Positions 45,882-56,122 of a DNA stretch of 64,000 bases are shown one piece after another. Under the pieces are notes generated by a model that worked only from the letters and a program-made list of their open reading frames with translations, made no database searches and was not told the DNA's origin. How positions within the stretch are numbered: the stretch's first letter is position 1; each line of letters opens with the position of its first letter. The stretch is from Patescibacteria group bacterium. GTDB taxonomy: Bacteria > Patescibacteriota > Patescibacteriia > SG8-24 > DYFX01. A program made the position numbers and the translations under genes. The stretch lies in assembly GCA_038062835.1 (NCBI GenBank), contig JBBTWH010000006.1, forward strand, positions 60-64,059, in the 5' to 3' direction.

Positions 45882-47723
45882 ATGTCCCTTTTCCGAGACC
45901 GATCCCGATCGCTCTTCAACCGCTTCTCGCGCGCCCAAGGACGGCGTTCCTCGGCTTCGCTGCGCGAGCAATCGGGCTGGGACAAGCGGCTGGTCCATTC
46001 CCTGACCTCCGCGCGCCTCCCCACCTGGAGGCAGATCCGACATCTGCCGGAGGTCTTGTCGTCCAACGACAGCTTCCGCCTTCGGCTCGGGACCGTCTTG
46101 TTCTCCCTGGGACTGGTCCTGCTCGGCGTCCGATATTATTACGCCCACACGGAAATCGGTCCGGCGGTCGGCGGCGAGATCGCCGAGGCCGTGGTCGGCA
46201 CGCCGCGCAGCCTGAACCCGATCCTCTCGGTCTCGAACGACGTCGATAACGACCTGACGCGCCTCCTCTTCTCGCGCCTCTTCACGACGGACGGCGCCGG
46301 CCGCGTCGTCCCCGACCTGGTCGAGCGCTACGACATCTCCTCCGACCAGAAGACCTACGCCTTCACGATCCGCGAAAACGCGCGCTGGCACGATGGCGAG
46401 CCGCTCACGGCCGACGACGTCATCTTCACCTTCGCGCTCATCCAGGACCCGGCCTGGAAGAGCCCGCTGCAGGCGCTCCTGAAGGACGTGAAGTTCGAGA
46501 AGACGGACGAACGCACCATCGCGCTGACGCTCGCGGAGCCGTACGCGCAATTCCTCTCGCGCCTGAACTTCGGCATCCTGCCTCGCCACGTCTGGAAGGA
46601 CGTCCAGCCCCAGGACGCCGCCATGGCGGAAGCCAGCCTGAAGCCGATCGGTTCCGGCCCGTTCAAGTTCGCGGACATGCGGCGCGACAAGCGCGGCTTC
46701 GTTCTCTCCTATACCGTCGAGCGCAACGCCGACTACTACATGGAGGCGCCCTATCTGGAGAAGCTGACGTTCCATTTCTATCCGGATTTCGCCACGGCCC
46801 TCGAGGCTCTTCGCAAGCGCCAAGTCCAGTCGCTGAGCTTCGTGCCGCGAGACATGCGCGCCGAGTTGTCCGGCCTGACGCATGTCCTCCCCGTCTCGCT
46901 CGAACTCCCGCAGGCGACGGCCGTCTTCTTCAACGCGCGCAACAACGACGCACTCAAGGAGAAGGACGTCCGCCGCGCGCTGACGATGGCCATCGACAAG
47001 GTCCGCATCCTCTTCGACGTGCTCGGCGGCGACGGCCATCCGATCGACCGTCCCGCGCTTCCAGGCATGTCGGCGACCTCGACGTCTCCTGTCCCCTTCC
47101 GCATCGACGAGGCCGGAGCCCTGCTCGACGGGCTCGGCTGGAAGGTCGACCCGGAAGACGGCCTCCGCAAGAAGGACGTCGACAAGGACCCGAAGACCGA
47201 CCTGAAGACGCTTTCTATCGCGCTCACGACCGTCGACCAGCCGGAGAACCTCAGCGTCGCTTCCATCATCAGGAACGGCTGGGCCGCGCTCGGCGTCGAG
47301 GCGACCGTCAACGCCGTCCCCGCCTCGGAAATCCACCGCACGGTCATCAAGCCGCGCGCGTACGAGGCGCTCCTCTACGGCCAGCTGATGGGCACCGATC
47401 CCGACCTCTACCCCTTCTGGCACTCGTCCCAGGTGCAGGATCCCGGCCTCAACCTGGCGATGTTCGCGAACAAGGGCGCCGACGCCGCGCTCGAAGAAGC
47501 GCGCCGCACCGCCGATCCGGCCGCCCGCAAGGACGCGTACCGGAAATTCCTCGGCGTCCTCGCCGAGGAGGTTCCCGCCGCCTTCCTCTATAGCCCCTCC
47601 TATACCTACCCGATGCCCGCCGAACTCCGCGGCTTCACCGGCGAACGCGTCGCCAGCCCCTCCGACCGCTTCGCGACGGTCACCTCCTGGTACCTCGAGA
47701 CGGCCCGGGTCTGGAAGAAATAG
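45882..47723 (+). CDS. ABC transporter peptide-binding protein (SBP family 5)
   Basis: WHDGEPLTADDVIFT, PIGSGPF, DPDLYPFWHSSQ. Confidence 0.92.
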   Translation: MSLFRDRSRSLFNRFSRAQGRRSSASLREQSGWDKRLVHSLTSARLPTWRQIRHLPEVLSSNDSFRLRLGTVLFSLGLVLLGVRYYYAHTEIGPAVGGEIAEAVVGTPRSLNPILSVSNDVDNDLTRLLFSRLFTTDGAGRVVPDLVERYDISSDQKTYAFTIRENARWHDGEPLTADDVIFTFALIQDPAWKSPLQALLKDVKFEKTDERTIALTLAEPYAQFLSRLNFGILPRHVWKDVQPQDAAMAEASLKPIGSGPFKFADMRRDKRGFVLSYTVERNADYYMEAPYLEKLTFHFYPDFATALEALRKRQVQSLSFVPRDMRAELSGLTHVLPVSLELPQATAVFFNARNNDALKEKDVRRALTMAIDKVRILFDVLGGDGHPIDRPALPGMSATSTSPVPFRIDEAGALLDGLGWKVDPEDGLRKKDVDKDPKTDLKTLSIALTTVDQPENLSVASIIRNGWAALGVEATVNAVPASEIHRTVIKPRAYEALLYGQLMGTDPDLYPFWHSSQVQDPGLNLAMFANKGADAALEEARRTADPAARKDAYRKFLGVLAEEVPAAFLYSPSYTYPMPAELRGFTGERVASPSDRFATVTSWYLETARVWKK

Positions 47724-47732
47724 GGCCGCGAC

Positions 47733-47761
47733 TTGACCGTTCCTCGGGTTCAAGGTATACT
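47733..47761 (+). promoter_or_regulatory. sigma70 promoter
   Basis: TTGACC-17-TATACT. Confidence 0.7.
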
Positions 47762-47804
47762 TATTCTCCTAGGAGGCAATCGGTCCAAAAATCAAAAAAC
47801 GTCC

Positions 47805-47940
47805 GTTCCGCGCGACCGCGCGGAACACGCTGAACCGCCATCAAGTCCACGCCTGCGTGGACGCGAAGGAGGAGCGACTGACACGCGTGAGGGAGGATGG
47901 GCTCGGCCCATCCGACCGGGAGCGTGTCAGGTAGCGACGT
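47805..47940 (+). ncRNA. structured 136-nt RNA abutting the 5' end of tRNA-Leu (copy 2)
   Basis: Paralog of 52-187 with compensatory changes. Confidence 0.75.
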
Positions 47941-48027
47941 GGGCGAATGGCGGAATTGGCAGACGCATACGGTTCAGGGCCGTACGATCGCAAGGTCATG
48001 AGGGTTCAAGTCCCTCTTCGCCCACCA
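47941..48027 (+). tRNA. tRNA-Leu(CAG)
   Basis: TACGG-TTCAGGG-CCGTA arm, long variable arm, encoded CCA. Confidence 0.95.
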
Positions 48028-48290
48028 CGTAAAGACCGAGCCGAAGTGCGAGGACTTTACGTGCCGCGTGATCCGAGCAGCGCGAGGATTTTACGCGGCC
48101 GCCTCTCGCTCGGTCCACGTGGCAAGCCACGCTGACATCTCCAGTCGAAAATCCCGGATCGATCCGAGGTTCCCGACTGTCGATGTGCGAGATATCCGCC
48201 TGCCGCGCTTCGCCGCGGAACGCAGGGTCGCACGCACGCAAGACAACCTATTAGAGTCCCCCTTCGCGGGGACGTGAAAGATTCTTTTTT

Positions 48291-50201
48291 ATGGTGAACG
48301 CACCTAAGCGACCGTCTCATCCGCAAGGCGGAGGGTCGCGCCCGCCCCAACAGGGCGGCAACCGTCCTCCGTTCCGCGGAGGCGGACGTCCCCCGTTCCG
48401 CGGCGGACGCCGCGACGGCCGTCCCGCGCCGAAAGTCATCGGCGTCGGCACCGAGAAGCGCGGCATGTCGGCCCGCACGGTCGAAGCCCTTCAGAACGCC
48501 AAGAACGCCGGACCGTTCCCGTTCGAGGTCAAAGGAGACCCGCCGAAGCTCAAGGTCTACGCCTTGGGCGGCCTCGAGGAGATCGGCCGCAACTGCACCG
48601 TCTTCGAATGCGGCGACGATATCGTCATCGTCGACGCCGGCTTGATGTTCCCCGAGGAGAACATGCCGGGCATCGACTACATCATCCCGAACGTCTCCTG
48701 CCTCAAAGGCAAGGAGAAGAACATCCGCGGCGTCATCGTGAGCCACGGCCACCTCGACCACGTCGGCGGCCTGCCCTTCATCCTCCCCCGCCTCGGTTTC
48801 CCGACGCTCTACACCGCGCCGCTCACGGCCGGCATCATCCGGAACCGCCAGGAGGAATTCGGCAACGCCAACCAGCTGAAGATCCAGCTCATCACCGGCA
48901 AGAGCCGCATCCAGATGGGCCGCAACTTCGTGTTCGAGCCCTTCCACGTCAACCACAACATCTCCGACGCCTTCGGCACCGCGCTGTACACCCCGTACGG
49001 CGTCATCCTCGGCACCGGCGACTTCAAGTTCGACTTCACGCCGGCCGACGGCGATCCGGCCGACCTCATCCATATCGCCGGCTTCGGCGGGAAGGGCGTC
49101 CTGATGCTGATGTCCGACTCCACCAACGCTACCTCCCCCGGCCACCAGATCTCCGAGAAGACCGTCGGCGAAGAGATCCGCCGCACCATCGAACGCGCGC
49201 AGGGCCGCGTCATCATCGGCATGTTCTCCTCGATGCTCACCCGCATGCAGCAGGTCTTCGACGCCGCCGAACCGCTCGGCCGCAAGGTCCTGCTCCAGGG
49301 CCGCTCGCTCCTCAACAACGTGGAGCTGGCCCACAAGCTCGGCTACATGAAATACAAGCAAGGCACCGTCGTCGAGGAAGAGGAGTTCAAGCGCCTCCCT
49401 GACGGCAAGGCCATCGTGGTCTGCACCGGTTCCCAGGGCGAGCAGAACGCCACCCTCATGAAGGTCGCCAACCGCGAACACAAGTTCCTCTCGGTCCAGA
49501 AGGGCGACACCGTCGTCTTCTCGAGCTCGGTCATCCCGGGCAACGAGCGCACCGTGCAGTCCCTCAAGGACACGCTGGTCCGCCAGGGCGCCAAGCTCGT
49601 CGACAACGCCATGGTCGACATCCACGCCGGCGGCCACGCCAAGCAGGAGGACCTCAAGCTGATGCTCCGCCTGACCAAGCCGCATTACTTCGTCCCGATC
49701 CACGGCAACCGCTTCATGCTCGAGGCCCACGCCGACCTGGCGGAAGCCGTCGGCATCCCGCGCGCGCAGACGTTCGTGGCCGACAACGGCCAGATCATCG
49801 AAGTCGACAAGACGGGCGCCCGCCTGACCGCGGACTACGTCCCCTCCGACTACGTCTTCGTGGACGGCCTCGGCGTCGGCGACGTCTCGGAAGTGGTCCT
49901 GCGCGACCGCCGCGAGCTCGCTGAGGACGGCATGATGATCGTCGTCTGCACCATCGCCAAGAAGACCGGCGAACTGCTCGGCACCGACACCATCTCCCGC
50001 GGCTTCATCTACCAGAAGGACGCCCAGGGACTCGTCGCGCGCGCCAAGGAGTTCGTGAAGAAGACGATGAAGGACAACGACCCCAACTCCCCCGCCTTCG
50101 ACGACTACCTCAAGAACAAGATCCGCAACGAGGTCGGCAACTTCATCTTCAAGGAGACGGAGCGCCGCCCGATGATCCTCCCCGTGATCATCATGGTGTA
50201 A
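48291..50201 (+). CDS. rnj: ribonuclease J
   Basis: LGGLEEIGRN, HGHLDHVG, TGDFKFD, MSDSTN, RRPMILP. Confidence 0.96.
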   Translation: MVNAPKRPSHPQGGGSRPPQQGGNRPPFRGGGRPPFRGGRRDGRPAPKVIGVGTEKRGMSARTVEALQNAKNAGPFPFEVKGDPPKLKVYALGGLEEIGRNCTVFECGDDIVIVDAGLMFPEENMPGIDYIIPNVSCLKGKEKNIRGVIVSHGHLDHVGGLPFILPRLGFPTLYTAPLTAGIIRNRQEEFGNANQLKIQLITGKSRIQMGRNFVFEPFHVNHNISDAFGTALYTPYGVILGTGDFKFDFTPADGDPADLIHIAGFGGKGVLMLMSDSTNATSPGHQISEKTVGEEIRRTIERAQGRVIIGMFSSMLTRMQQVFDAAEPLGRKVLLQGRSLLNNVELAHKLGYMKYKQGTVVEEEEFKRLPDGKAIVVCTGSQGEQNATLMKVANREHKFLSVQKGDTVVFSSSVIPGNERTVQSLKDTLVRQGAKLVDNAMVDIHAGGHAKQEDLKLMLRLTKPHYFVPIHGNRFMLEAHADLAEAVGIPRAQTFVADNGQIIEVDKTGARLTADYVPSDYVFVDGLGVGDVSEVVLRDRRELAEDGMMIVVCTIAKKTGELLGTDTISRGFIYQKDAQGLVARAKEFVKKTMKDNDPNSPAFDDYLKNKIRNEVGNFIFKETERRPMILPVIIMV

Positions 50202-50214
50202 GAAGAAACCCCGC

Positions 50215-50541
50215 TCACCCGAGCGGGGTTTTCGGTCGGAGTTCCAGGGCGGTAAGCCGCCGGTCGAACTCCTTGTGCTTGGCCGTCATGTCGCCTTTCA
50301 AGCCGCCGAGCTTCTCGTCCAGGTAGTCCTTCGTGACCATGGTCGCCTTGATTCCGACGATGTCGTCCCGTACCTCTTCGATCTGCGGCAAGACGTTCTG
50401 TTCGAGCATCTCGCCGACGGCCGCGATGACACGATCAGCAGTCTTGACTGAACTCTCCTCGATCTTCTTCTCAAGACGACCCTCGCTGTCGAGAATCAGC
50501 TTGCCGATCTGGCCCAAGTCTTGTTCGGTCAGCATGCCCAT
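50215..50541 (-). CDS. hypothetical coiled-coil protein
   Basis: MLTEQDL...MVTKDYLDEKL pattern. Confidence 0.7.
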   Translation of the reverse strand: MGMLTEQDLGQIGKLILDSEGRLEKKIEESSVKTADRVIAAVGEMLEQNVLPQIEEVRDDIVGIKATMVTKDYLDEKLGGLKGDMTAKHKEFDRRLTALELRPKTPLG

Positions 50542-50668
50542 ATGGTTTAAGAGTAGCACAAGGCTTCCTAGCGGAAGCAAGAGCCGGGTGTCAATCGGCT
50601 GACAGGCATGATTGACAAGACCGCTTTTCCGTGGTTCGCTGGACGAGGATCATTCTATGGAGGCGGAC

Positions 50669-51169
50669 ATGCCCGACGATACGGATGCGGACCGCTTCTT
50701 CACGGAAGCGGAAGCGTATTTATACAAGCTGGCGAACGAGCGGGGCATCGGCCTCGCCCTCGGCCGTTGGAAGCATCCGAAGTACGGCTTGATGCGCGTA
50801 CGCGCCATCTACGGCCAGGCCGGCGCCACCTACTTCAGGCTGGTGTTCTGCGCGACCGACGCCTGGCTGGCGATCGGCCAGGCCCGGCTCTGGTGGTACG
50901 TGAACGACTGGTTCGAGCCGTTCGAGTTCAAGGACATCGAGCGGCGCCCCCCGATGGCGGAAGCCATCATCAACGCCGGCTCTGATCTCGAATCGGAGAT
51001 CGGCGCGCGCTTGCGCTGGCTCGAAGGACAACATTCCATCGAGACGGCCATCGGCGGCATCTACGGCAAGGCGCTCTCCGGCCTGGCGCATATCGAAGAT
51101 GCCCGGAACGACGTACGCGTGGCCCTCGCGTCTGAGATACCCAAGGGCGACGAGGAGGATGCGGAATGA
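50669..51169 (+). CDS. hypothetical protein
   Basis: SD GGAGG; ATGA overlap with next gene. Confidence 0.7.
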   Translation: MPDDTDADRFFTEAEAYLYKLANERGIGLALGRWKHPKYGLMRVRAIYGQAGATYFRLVFCATDAWLAIGQARLWWYVNDWFEPFEFKDIERRPPMAEAIINAGSDLESEIGARLRWLEGQHSIETAIGGIYGKALSGLAHIEDARNDVRVALASEIPKGDEEDAE

Positions 51170-51594
51170 CGCGCGCCGAACCGCCGAAGATCGCGCCCAA
51201 GGACGTCCCGCCGGAGGCCGCGCTCTATCTCGACGACGCCGCCGGATACCTGACCGAGCTGGTCAAGGAGTACGGCCTCGAGCTGAAGACGTACGACCTG
51301 TACCGCCCTGAACACTCGGCCTGGCTCCACGGCCTGTACGGCAAATGCCGCGACCGCCAGATCTGCATCCAGGTCGTCACCGACGCGGAAATGGCTCCGA
51401 ACCGCGTCGCCCTGCTCAAGGGCTACATCCGCATGTATCCGGGCGACGGCAGGAACGAATGGCTGCTTTTCGAGACGCGCCGCGTCCGCGGCATGGCGGG
51501 CCTCATGGCCGGCACCGCCGACATGGCGGACCGCCTGTTCCTCGCCTGCGTATGGCGCATTCCCCATCCGAACTCCCCCGACCCCAAAGCTTAG
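51166..51594 (+). CDS. hypothetical protein
   Basis: SD GAGGAGG; translationally coupled. Confidence 0.7.
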   Translation: MTRAEPPKIAPKDVPPEAALYLDDAAGYLTELVKEYGLELKTYDLYRPEHSAWLHGLYGKCRDRQICIQVVTDAEMAPNRVALLKGYIRMYPGDGRNEWLLFETRRVRGMAGLMAGTADMADRLFLACVWRIPHPNSPDPKA

Positions 51595-51646
51595 GGTCGG
51601 GTTTTTCATTGCCATTTCCGCCCAAATAGGCCAAGATGGCCGTACT

Positions 51647-52651
51647 ATGGCATCGAAAGAACCCCTCATCGTCTCGGGCATCCAGCCCTCCGGCAGGCTC
51701 CATATCGGCAACTGGGCCGGCGGCCTGCGCAACTGGCTCGCGCTCCAGGAGACGCATCCCGAACGCTGCCTTTTCTTCATCGCCGACTATCACGCGATGA
51801 CGGTCGAGTACGACCCGAAGGAACGCCAGCATCAGGTCATCGATCTGGCCGCTTCGCTCCTGGCGCTCGGGCTCGACAGCAAGAAGTCGACGCTCTTCGT
51901 GCAGTCGGACGTGCCGGAAGTCGCGGAACTCGCCTGGATCTTCAACACCGTCACGCCCATCGCCGAGATGGAGCGGATGACGCAGTATAAGGACAAGGCG
52001 GCCAAGCACGCGAAGAACATCAATATGGGCCTGCTCGCCTATCCCGTGCTCCAGGCGGCCGACATCCTGATCTACGGCGGCGACGCCGTGCCGGTCGGCC
52101 AGGACCAGGTCCAGCATGTCGAGACGACGCGCGTCATCGCCCGCAACTTCAACAAGCGCTTCGGACCGACCTTCCCCGAACCGAAGGCGCTCCTCAATGA
52201 CACGCCCAAGATCATGTCGCTCACCGAACCGACCAAGAAGATGTCGAAGAGCGGCGCCGAGAAGTCGTTCATCGCGCTCGACGACGAGCCTGAGACGATC
52301 ATGAAGAAGATGAAGGCCGTGCCGACCGAACCGAGCGGCATCGTGACCGATGAAGCGCTCAAGACCGAGGCCTACGCCGGCGTCGCGCTCCTGCTCGACC
52401 TCATCGAGCTGTGCGGCGGCAAGGACTCGCGGAAAGCCGCGTCGGCGGAGTCCCCCGTGAAGTACGGCGACCTCAAGAAACGCGCCGCCGAAGCGGTCGC
52501 TGCGCGCTTCGCCGAGTTCCGCGCCAAGAAGGCCGGGCTCCTGAAGAACCCGGACCGCATCCGCATGGTGCTGGCTTCCGGCGGCGCCAAGGCGCGCGCC
52601 CATGCCAAACGGACGATGGAGACCGTCCTCAAAGTCACCGGGCTGCGCTGA
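51647..52651 (+). CDS. trpS: tryptophan--tRNA ligase
   Basis: SGIQPSGRLHIGN, YPVLQAADIL, VPVGQDQ, KMSKS. Confidence 0.97.
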   Translation: MASKEPLIVSGIQPSGRLHIGNWAGGLRNWLALQETHPERCLFFIADYHAMTVEYDPKERQHQVIDLAASLLALGLDSKKSTLFVQSDVPEVAELAWIFNTVTPIAEMERMTQYKDKAAKHAKNINMGLLAYPVLQAADILIYGGDAVPVGQDQVQHVETTRVIARNFNKRFGPTFPEPKALLNDTPKIMSLTEPTKKMSKSGAEKSFIALDDEPETIMKKMKAVPTEPSGIVTDEALKTEAYAGVALLLDLIELCGGKDSRKAASAESPVKYGDLKKRAAEAVAARFAEFRAKKAGLLKNPDRIRMVLASGGAKARAHAKRTMETVLKVTGLR

Positions 52652-52663
52652 TGATCCCTTTTT

Positions 52664-52741
52664 GTCATCCCGAGCGCAGTCGAGGAATCCCTCCGTTTCC
52701 GGAGCGATTCCTCCGCTCCGCCGCGCTCCGGTCGGAATGAC
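52664..52741. repeat. paired REP-like palindromic element
   Basis: GTCATCCCGAGCGCAGTCGAGGAATC...GATTCCTC...GTCGGAATGAC. Confidence 0.75.
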
Positions 52742-52750
52742 AAAAAACGC

Positions 52751-54256
52751 ATGCCCTACGAGGAAATCATCAAGCGGCTGGAGGCCTACCGCGCCGCGTT
52801 GTCGGAAGAGGACCGCCTCGCCCGCACGGGTCTGAAGACGAAGCCTGATTTCGCGTCCATCCGCGCGAAGGAGGACGACCTGTTCACGGACGGATCGATC
52901 ATGACGGTCCGCGAGCTCATGGAACGCGCGCCCTCCGCGCGCCGCCGTGACCAGATGGAGCGCACCCTCTTCGCCCTGCTCGAAGGCGTCATCGCGGCCG
53001 ACACCCTGCCGGTCGAGGAACGCATCCTGGCCAAGACCGCTGAGCTTTCCGCGGCGATCGACGGCCGTTCCTTCGGCTTCCATGAGATGACGGAGCTGAT
53101 GGGCTCCGAGGAGGACCCGGCCAAGCGCGAGGAGATCAGGCGCGCCCAGGCCGGACTGGCCGAGGAGCTCGCGCCGCTGCGCATCGAGCATGAGCACGCC
53201 CTGCGGCAGAAGCTCGCGGCCTTCGGATTCGGAACCATCCGCGAATACGCCGAGACGAAGAAACGCGTCCGCTACGACGTCTTCCTCCAGAAAGCCCTGC
53301 CCATCCTCGAAGAGACGACCGGGCTGTATCGCCGCGTGATGGGCGACACGCTCCGCCGCGCCTACGGCAAGGAGCTCGGCGACATCTCCGCCGCCCACGT
53401 CCATCACTGGCGCGCCGGACGCGAGTTCGACCATCTCTTCCCGCCGGAGAAGGTCATGCCGCTTTGCGCCGGCGCTTTCGCCACGCTCGGACTGCCGTTC
53501 GAGCGCGCGCACGGCATCCGCGTCGACGCCGAGAACCGGCCAGGCAAGCGCCCACGCGCCGTCTGCTACGCCCCGCGCGCGCCGGAGGAGGTCCACCTCA
53601 TCCTCAAGCCGCAGGGCGGTTTCGAGGACGTGCGCTCGTTCCTTCACGAAGGCGGACACGCCCTGCATTTCGGGCATATCGACGCCGCGCTTCCGTACGA
53701 GTGGCGCGGATTACCGCGCTCGCATGCCATGTCCGAGACGTTCGCGTTCCTCATCGAGCACCTGACGGAAAATCCGCTCTGGCTCGAGCATGTCATGCAC
53801 GTGCCGAAGGCCGCCGCGGAACGCCTGGCTGCCTGGTCCCTGCTCGGCGGCCTCTTCATGCTCCGCCGCCATATGGCGAAGCTCACCTACGAACTGGCAT
53901 TCGACGAGAAACCGTTCGACGCGCCGCGCAACCGCGAGATCTACTCCAAGACGCTCAGCGACTTGACGGGCTTCGCCTACGAACCGGAGTTCTGGCTGGA
54001 GGATATGGACGGCGTATTCTACGGCGCCGACCACCTGCGCGCCTGGATCGCCTCGGCGCAAGTCGAGGAACACCTCGTCCGCAAGTACGGCGACCGCTGG
54101 TTCCTGAAACGCGATACCGGCAGTTTCCTCAAGGAGCATTTCGCCAAAGGCGTCTCCATCGACGCCGAAGAGCTGGTGCAGAGCCTCGGCATGACGGCCT
54201 GGGACCCGCTCCCGCTCATCCGGAAATTCGACGGGGTTTCGCGGCTGCTGCGCTAG
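52751..54256 (+). CDS. M3-like zinc metallopeptidase (gluzincin fold)
   Basis: HEGGHALH plus downstream SETFA. Confidence 0.8.
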   Translation: MPYEEIIKRLEAYRAALSEEDRLARTGLKTKPDFASIRAKEDDLFTDGSIMTVRELMERAPSARRRDQMERTLFALLEGVIAADTLPVEERILAKTAELSAAIDGRSFGFHEMTELMGSEEDPAKREEIRRAQAGLAEELAPLRIEHEHALRQKLAAFGFGTIREYAETKKRVRYDVFLQKALPILEETTGLYRRVMGDTLRRAYGKELGDISAAHVHHWRAGREFDHLFPPEKVMPLCAGAFATLGLPFERAHGIRVDAENRPGKRPRAVCYAPRAPEEVHLILKPQGGFEDVRSFLHEGGHALHFGHIDAALPYEWRGLPRSHAMSETFAFLIEHLTENPLWLEHVMHVPKAAAERLAAWSLLGGLFMLRRHMAKLTYELAFDEKPFDAPRNREIYSKTLSDLTGFAYEPEFWLEDMDGVFYGADHLRAWIASAQVEEHLVRKYGDRWFLKRDTGSFLKEHFAKGVSIDAEELVQSLGMTAWDPLPLIRKFDGVSRLLR

Positions 54257-54273
54257 AAAAAGAAAAACGCCCG

Positions 54274-54669
54274 TCAGCTTTGACGGGCGCGCGCGGCGCG
54301 CTTGAGCTTCTTGATCAGCCGTCGCCAGTACGGCAACTCCTTCCACCAGTCGATGGTCGTGATCCTGTTCGGATAGCGCCGGCGCATCCGGCCATAGAAC
54401 CCTCCAGAGGCCTTGTCATGGAGCACGACGAGGATTTTCGCGTACCTGTCGAGGACTTCGCGCATGAGGCGATGCGCCACTCCTCTCCCCCGGTATCTCC
54501 GGTTGACGAAGATGTTGGCGATCGGCGCGGGGTCGTGGGCGAAAACGAGGCACCAGCCCATGACCCGGCCGCCCGAGAAGGCGACGATGGTCACCGAGTC
54601 CGGCGCGACGGACGCGAACCTCCACATGTAGCCGTACTGGAACGTCGCGTGCCGCAGGCGACGCTTCAT
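54274..54669 (-). CDS. GNAT N-acetyltransferase
   Basis: IFVNRRYRGRGVA; GFY. Confidence 0.75.
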   Translation of the reverse strand: MKRRLRHATFQYGYMWRFASVAPDSVTIVAFSGGRVMGWCLVFAHDPAPIANIFVNRRYRGRGVAHRLMREVLDRYAKILVVLHDKASGGFYGRMRRRYPNRITTIDWWKELPYWRRLIKKLKRAARARQS

Positions 54670-54852
54670 CCGCCGATCCCATCAAAGTGGCGGTGGGCAG
54701 GTGTCTACGAGCGCAGCGTCCGTTCCAACAGCGACATACCTCTTCCCGGCGCCAGCGAGTAGACGCCTGCCCACCGCCCAGCCCACCCATCATTGACACG
54801 CCCCTCCGGGCGTGTTTTTCTTCTGGAAGCGTCCGACGCGAAAGGAGCCGCC

Positions 54853-55026
54853 ATGTCCGTGCTCGCCCTCACCGAAACGATGCCGCCGCTTCGCGCGGCG
54901 CTCGCCCCGCTTGTCGCGCTCGTGGCGTGCGTCCTGCCGACGTTTGCCGTCATCCTCGCCGCCGGACTGTGCGCGCCCGTCCTCTTCGGCGCCTCGGCCT
55001 TCCATCAGACGGAAGGGGCGTCCTGA
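54853..55026 (+). CDS. small hydrophobic protein
   Basis: SD AAAGGAG; one TM. Confidence 0.5.
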   Translation: MSVLALTETMPPLRAALAPLVALVACVLPTFAVILAAGLCAPVLFGASAFHQTEGAS

Positions 55027-55027
55027 C

Positions 55028-55399
55028 ATGGGCGCCCGCGATCGTCCTTTTCCGCCTGGCGGCCTTCCCTACGAAGAGGCCAAGCTCTACAAGATGGCGT
55101 TCGACCTCGCGTACCGGAAGGAATACGTCACGGAGGCGTACGGCGTCGACGGACAGGGTATGCAGCTCGCCGTGCGCAAGCTCGGAGGCTTCGAGATCCA
55201 CGTCGAGTTCCAGATCACGGTGCCCCAGAACATCATCCGCTTCACGGTGATGATCTGGTACGAGGAGCATCTGGTCTTCAATGCCTGGTGCTCGAGAATC
55301 GCCGAAAGCGGCGAGACGGTCGGCCTCGTCGTCACCTGTGAGGACGGGCCTTGGAAGGCCCACCTGCGCCGCCGCAGCGAATCCGAAGAGAAGGCCTGA
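55028..55399 (+). CDS. hypothetical protein
   Basis: Starts just after the previous stop; protein-like. Confidence 0.65.
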   Translation: MGARDRPFPPGGLPYEEAKLYKMAFDLAYRKEYVTEAYGVDGQGMQLAVRKLGGFEIHVEFQITVPQNIIRFTVMIWYEEHLVFNAWCSRIAESGETVGLVVTCEDGPWKAHLRRRSESEEKA

Positions 55400-55400
55400 C

Positions 55401-55434
55401 GCCCCTTGACAAAAGGGGCTTTTTCTTTTATAGT
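55401..55434 (+). promoter_or_regulatory. rnpB promoter embedded in a terminator hairpin
   Basis: GCCCC-TTGACA-AAAGGGGC-TTTTT...TATAGT, 17-bp spacer. Confidence 0.7.
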
Positions 55435-55472
55435 CATCCCTATCCTGGGTACTTCGTACCTGGGTGATGTTT

Positions 55473-55974
55473 TAAGGGAGCCGGACGGCCGCGATTCGCC
55501 CAAAACAGGCGGGTCGAGGAAAGTCCGAACACCGTTCCCCGACGTAAGTCGGGGTCCAGAGATCGTTGCTAACGGCAACCGGGAGCAAGGAGTGGCATCA
55601 TGTCTCGGGTTACGAGAGATGGTGGCAAACCCCAAGTCCAGGGAAGCTCGGTTTCGACCGAGCGTGCGGGCCCTCTTCGGAGGGTGTCCCGTGAGAGCCG
55701 CGAGGCTTGCACGGGACGCAACAGAAACATACCGCCACATCCTTCAGTGGAGAGGCCCCCGTCGCATGACGGGGCGTGGTAAGGTTGAAATCGTGAGGCA
55801 AGGGCTCACGCGGCCATGCAGTGATGCATGCCGGGGCAAACGCCGATCCGGTGCAAGAGCAAATTAGGTAGCTTGCTTGAGCCCATGGGCAACCATGGAC
55901 CTAGAGAGATGGCCGTCCCCCGCCGGGCCGCAAGGGCCGACGGGAGACAGAATTCGGCTTACAGGCTCCTCTTA
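55473..55974 (+). ncRNA. rnpB: RNase P RNA, enlarged (~500 nt)
   Basis: GAGGAAAGTCC, GCAACAGAAA, ACAGAATTCGGCTTA conserved regions; P1 TAAGGGAGCC/GGCTCCTCTTA. Confidence 0.95.
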
Positions 55975-56122
55975 GAACGACGTGGAAACGCCCCGCCCAA
56001 AGCGGAGCGTTTTCGTTTGCGTCGAGGGTTGACACTTCCGTGTTTTTAGGCTATCCTCGCAGGTCTCCGACGCCATGCCGGCGGCTGGGATGTGCAACCA
56101 CTGACCTCAAAGGAGGCCTGTG

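Noticed and set aside
55406-56049. ORFs overlapping rnpB
   Set aside because: The region is explained by RNase P RNA
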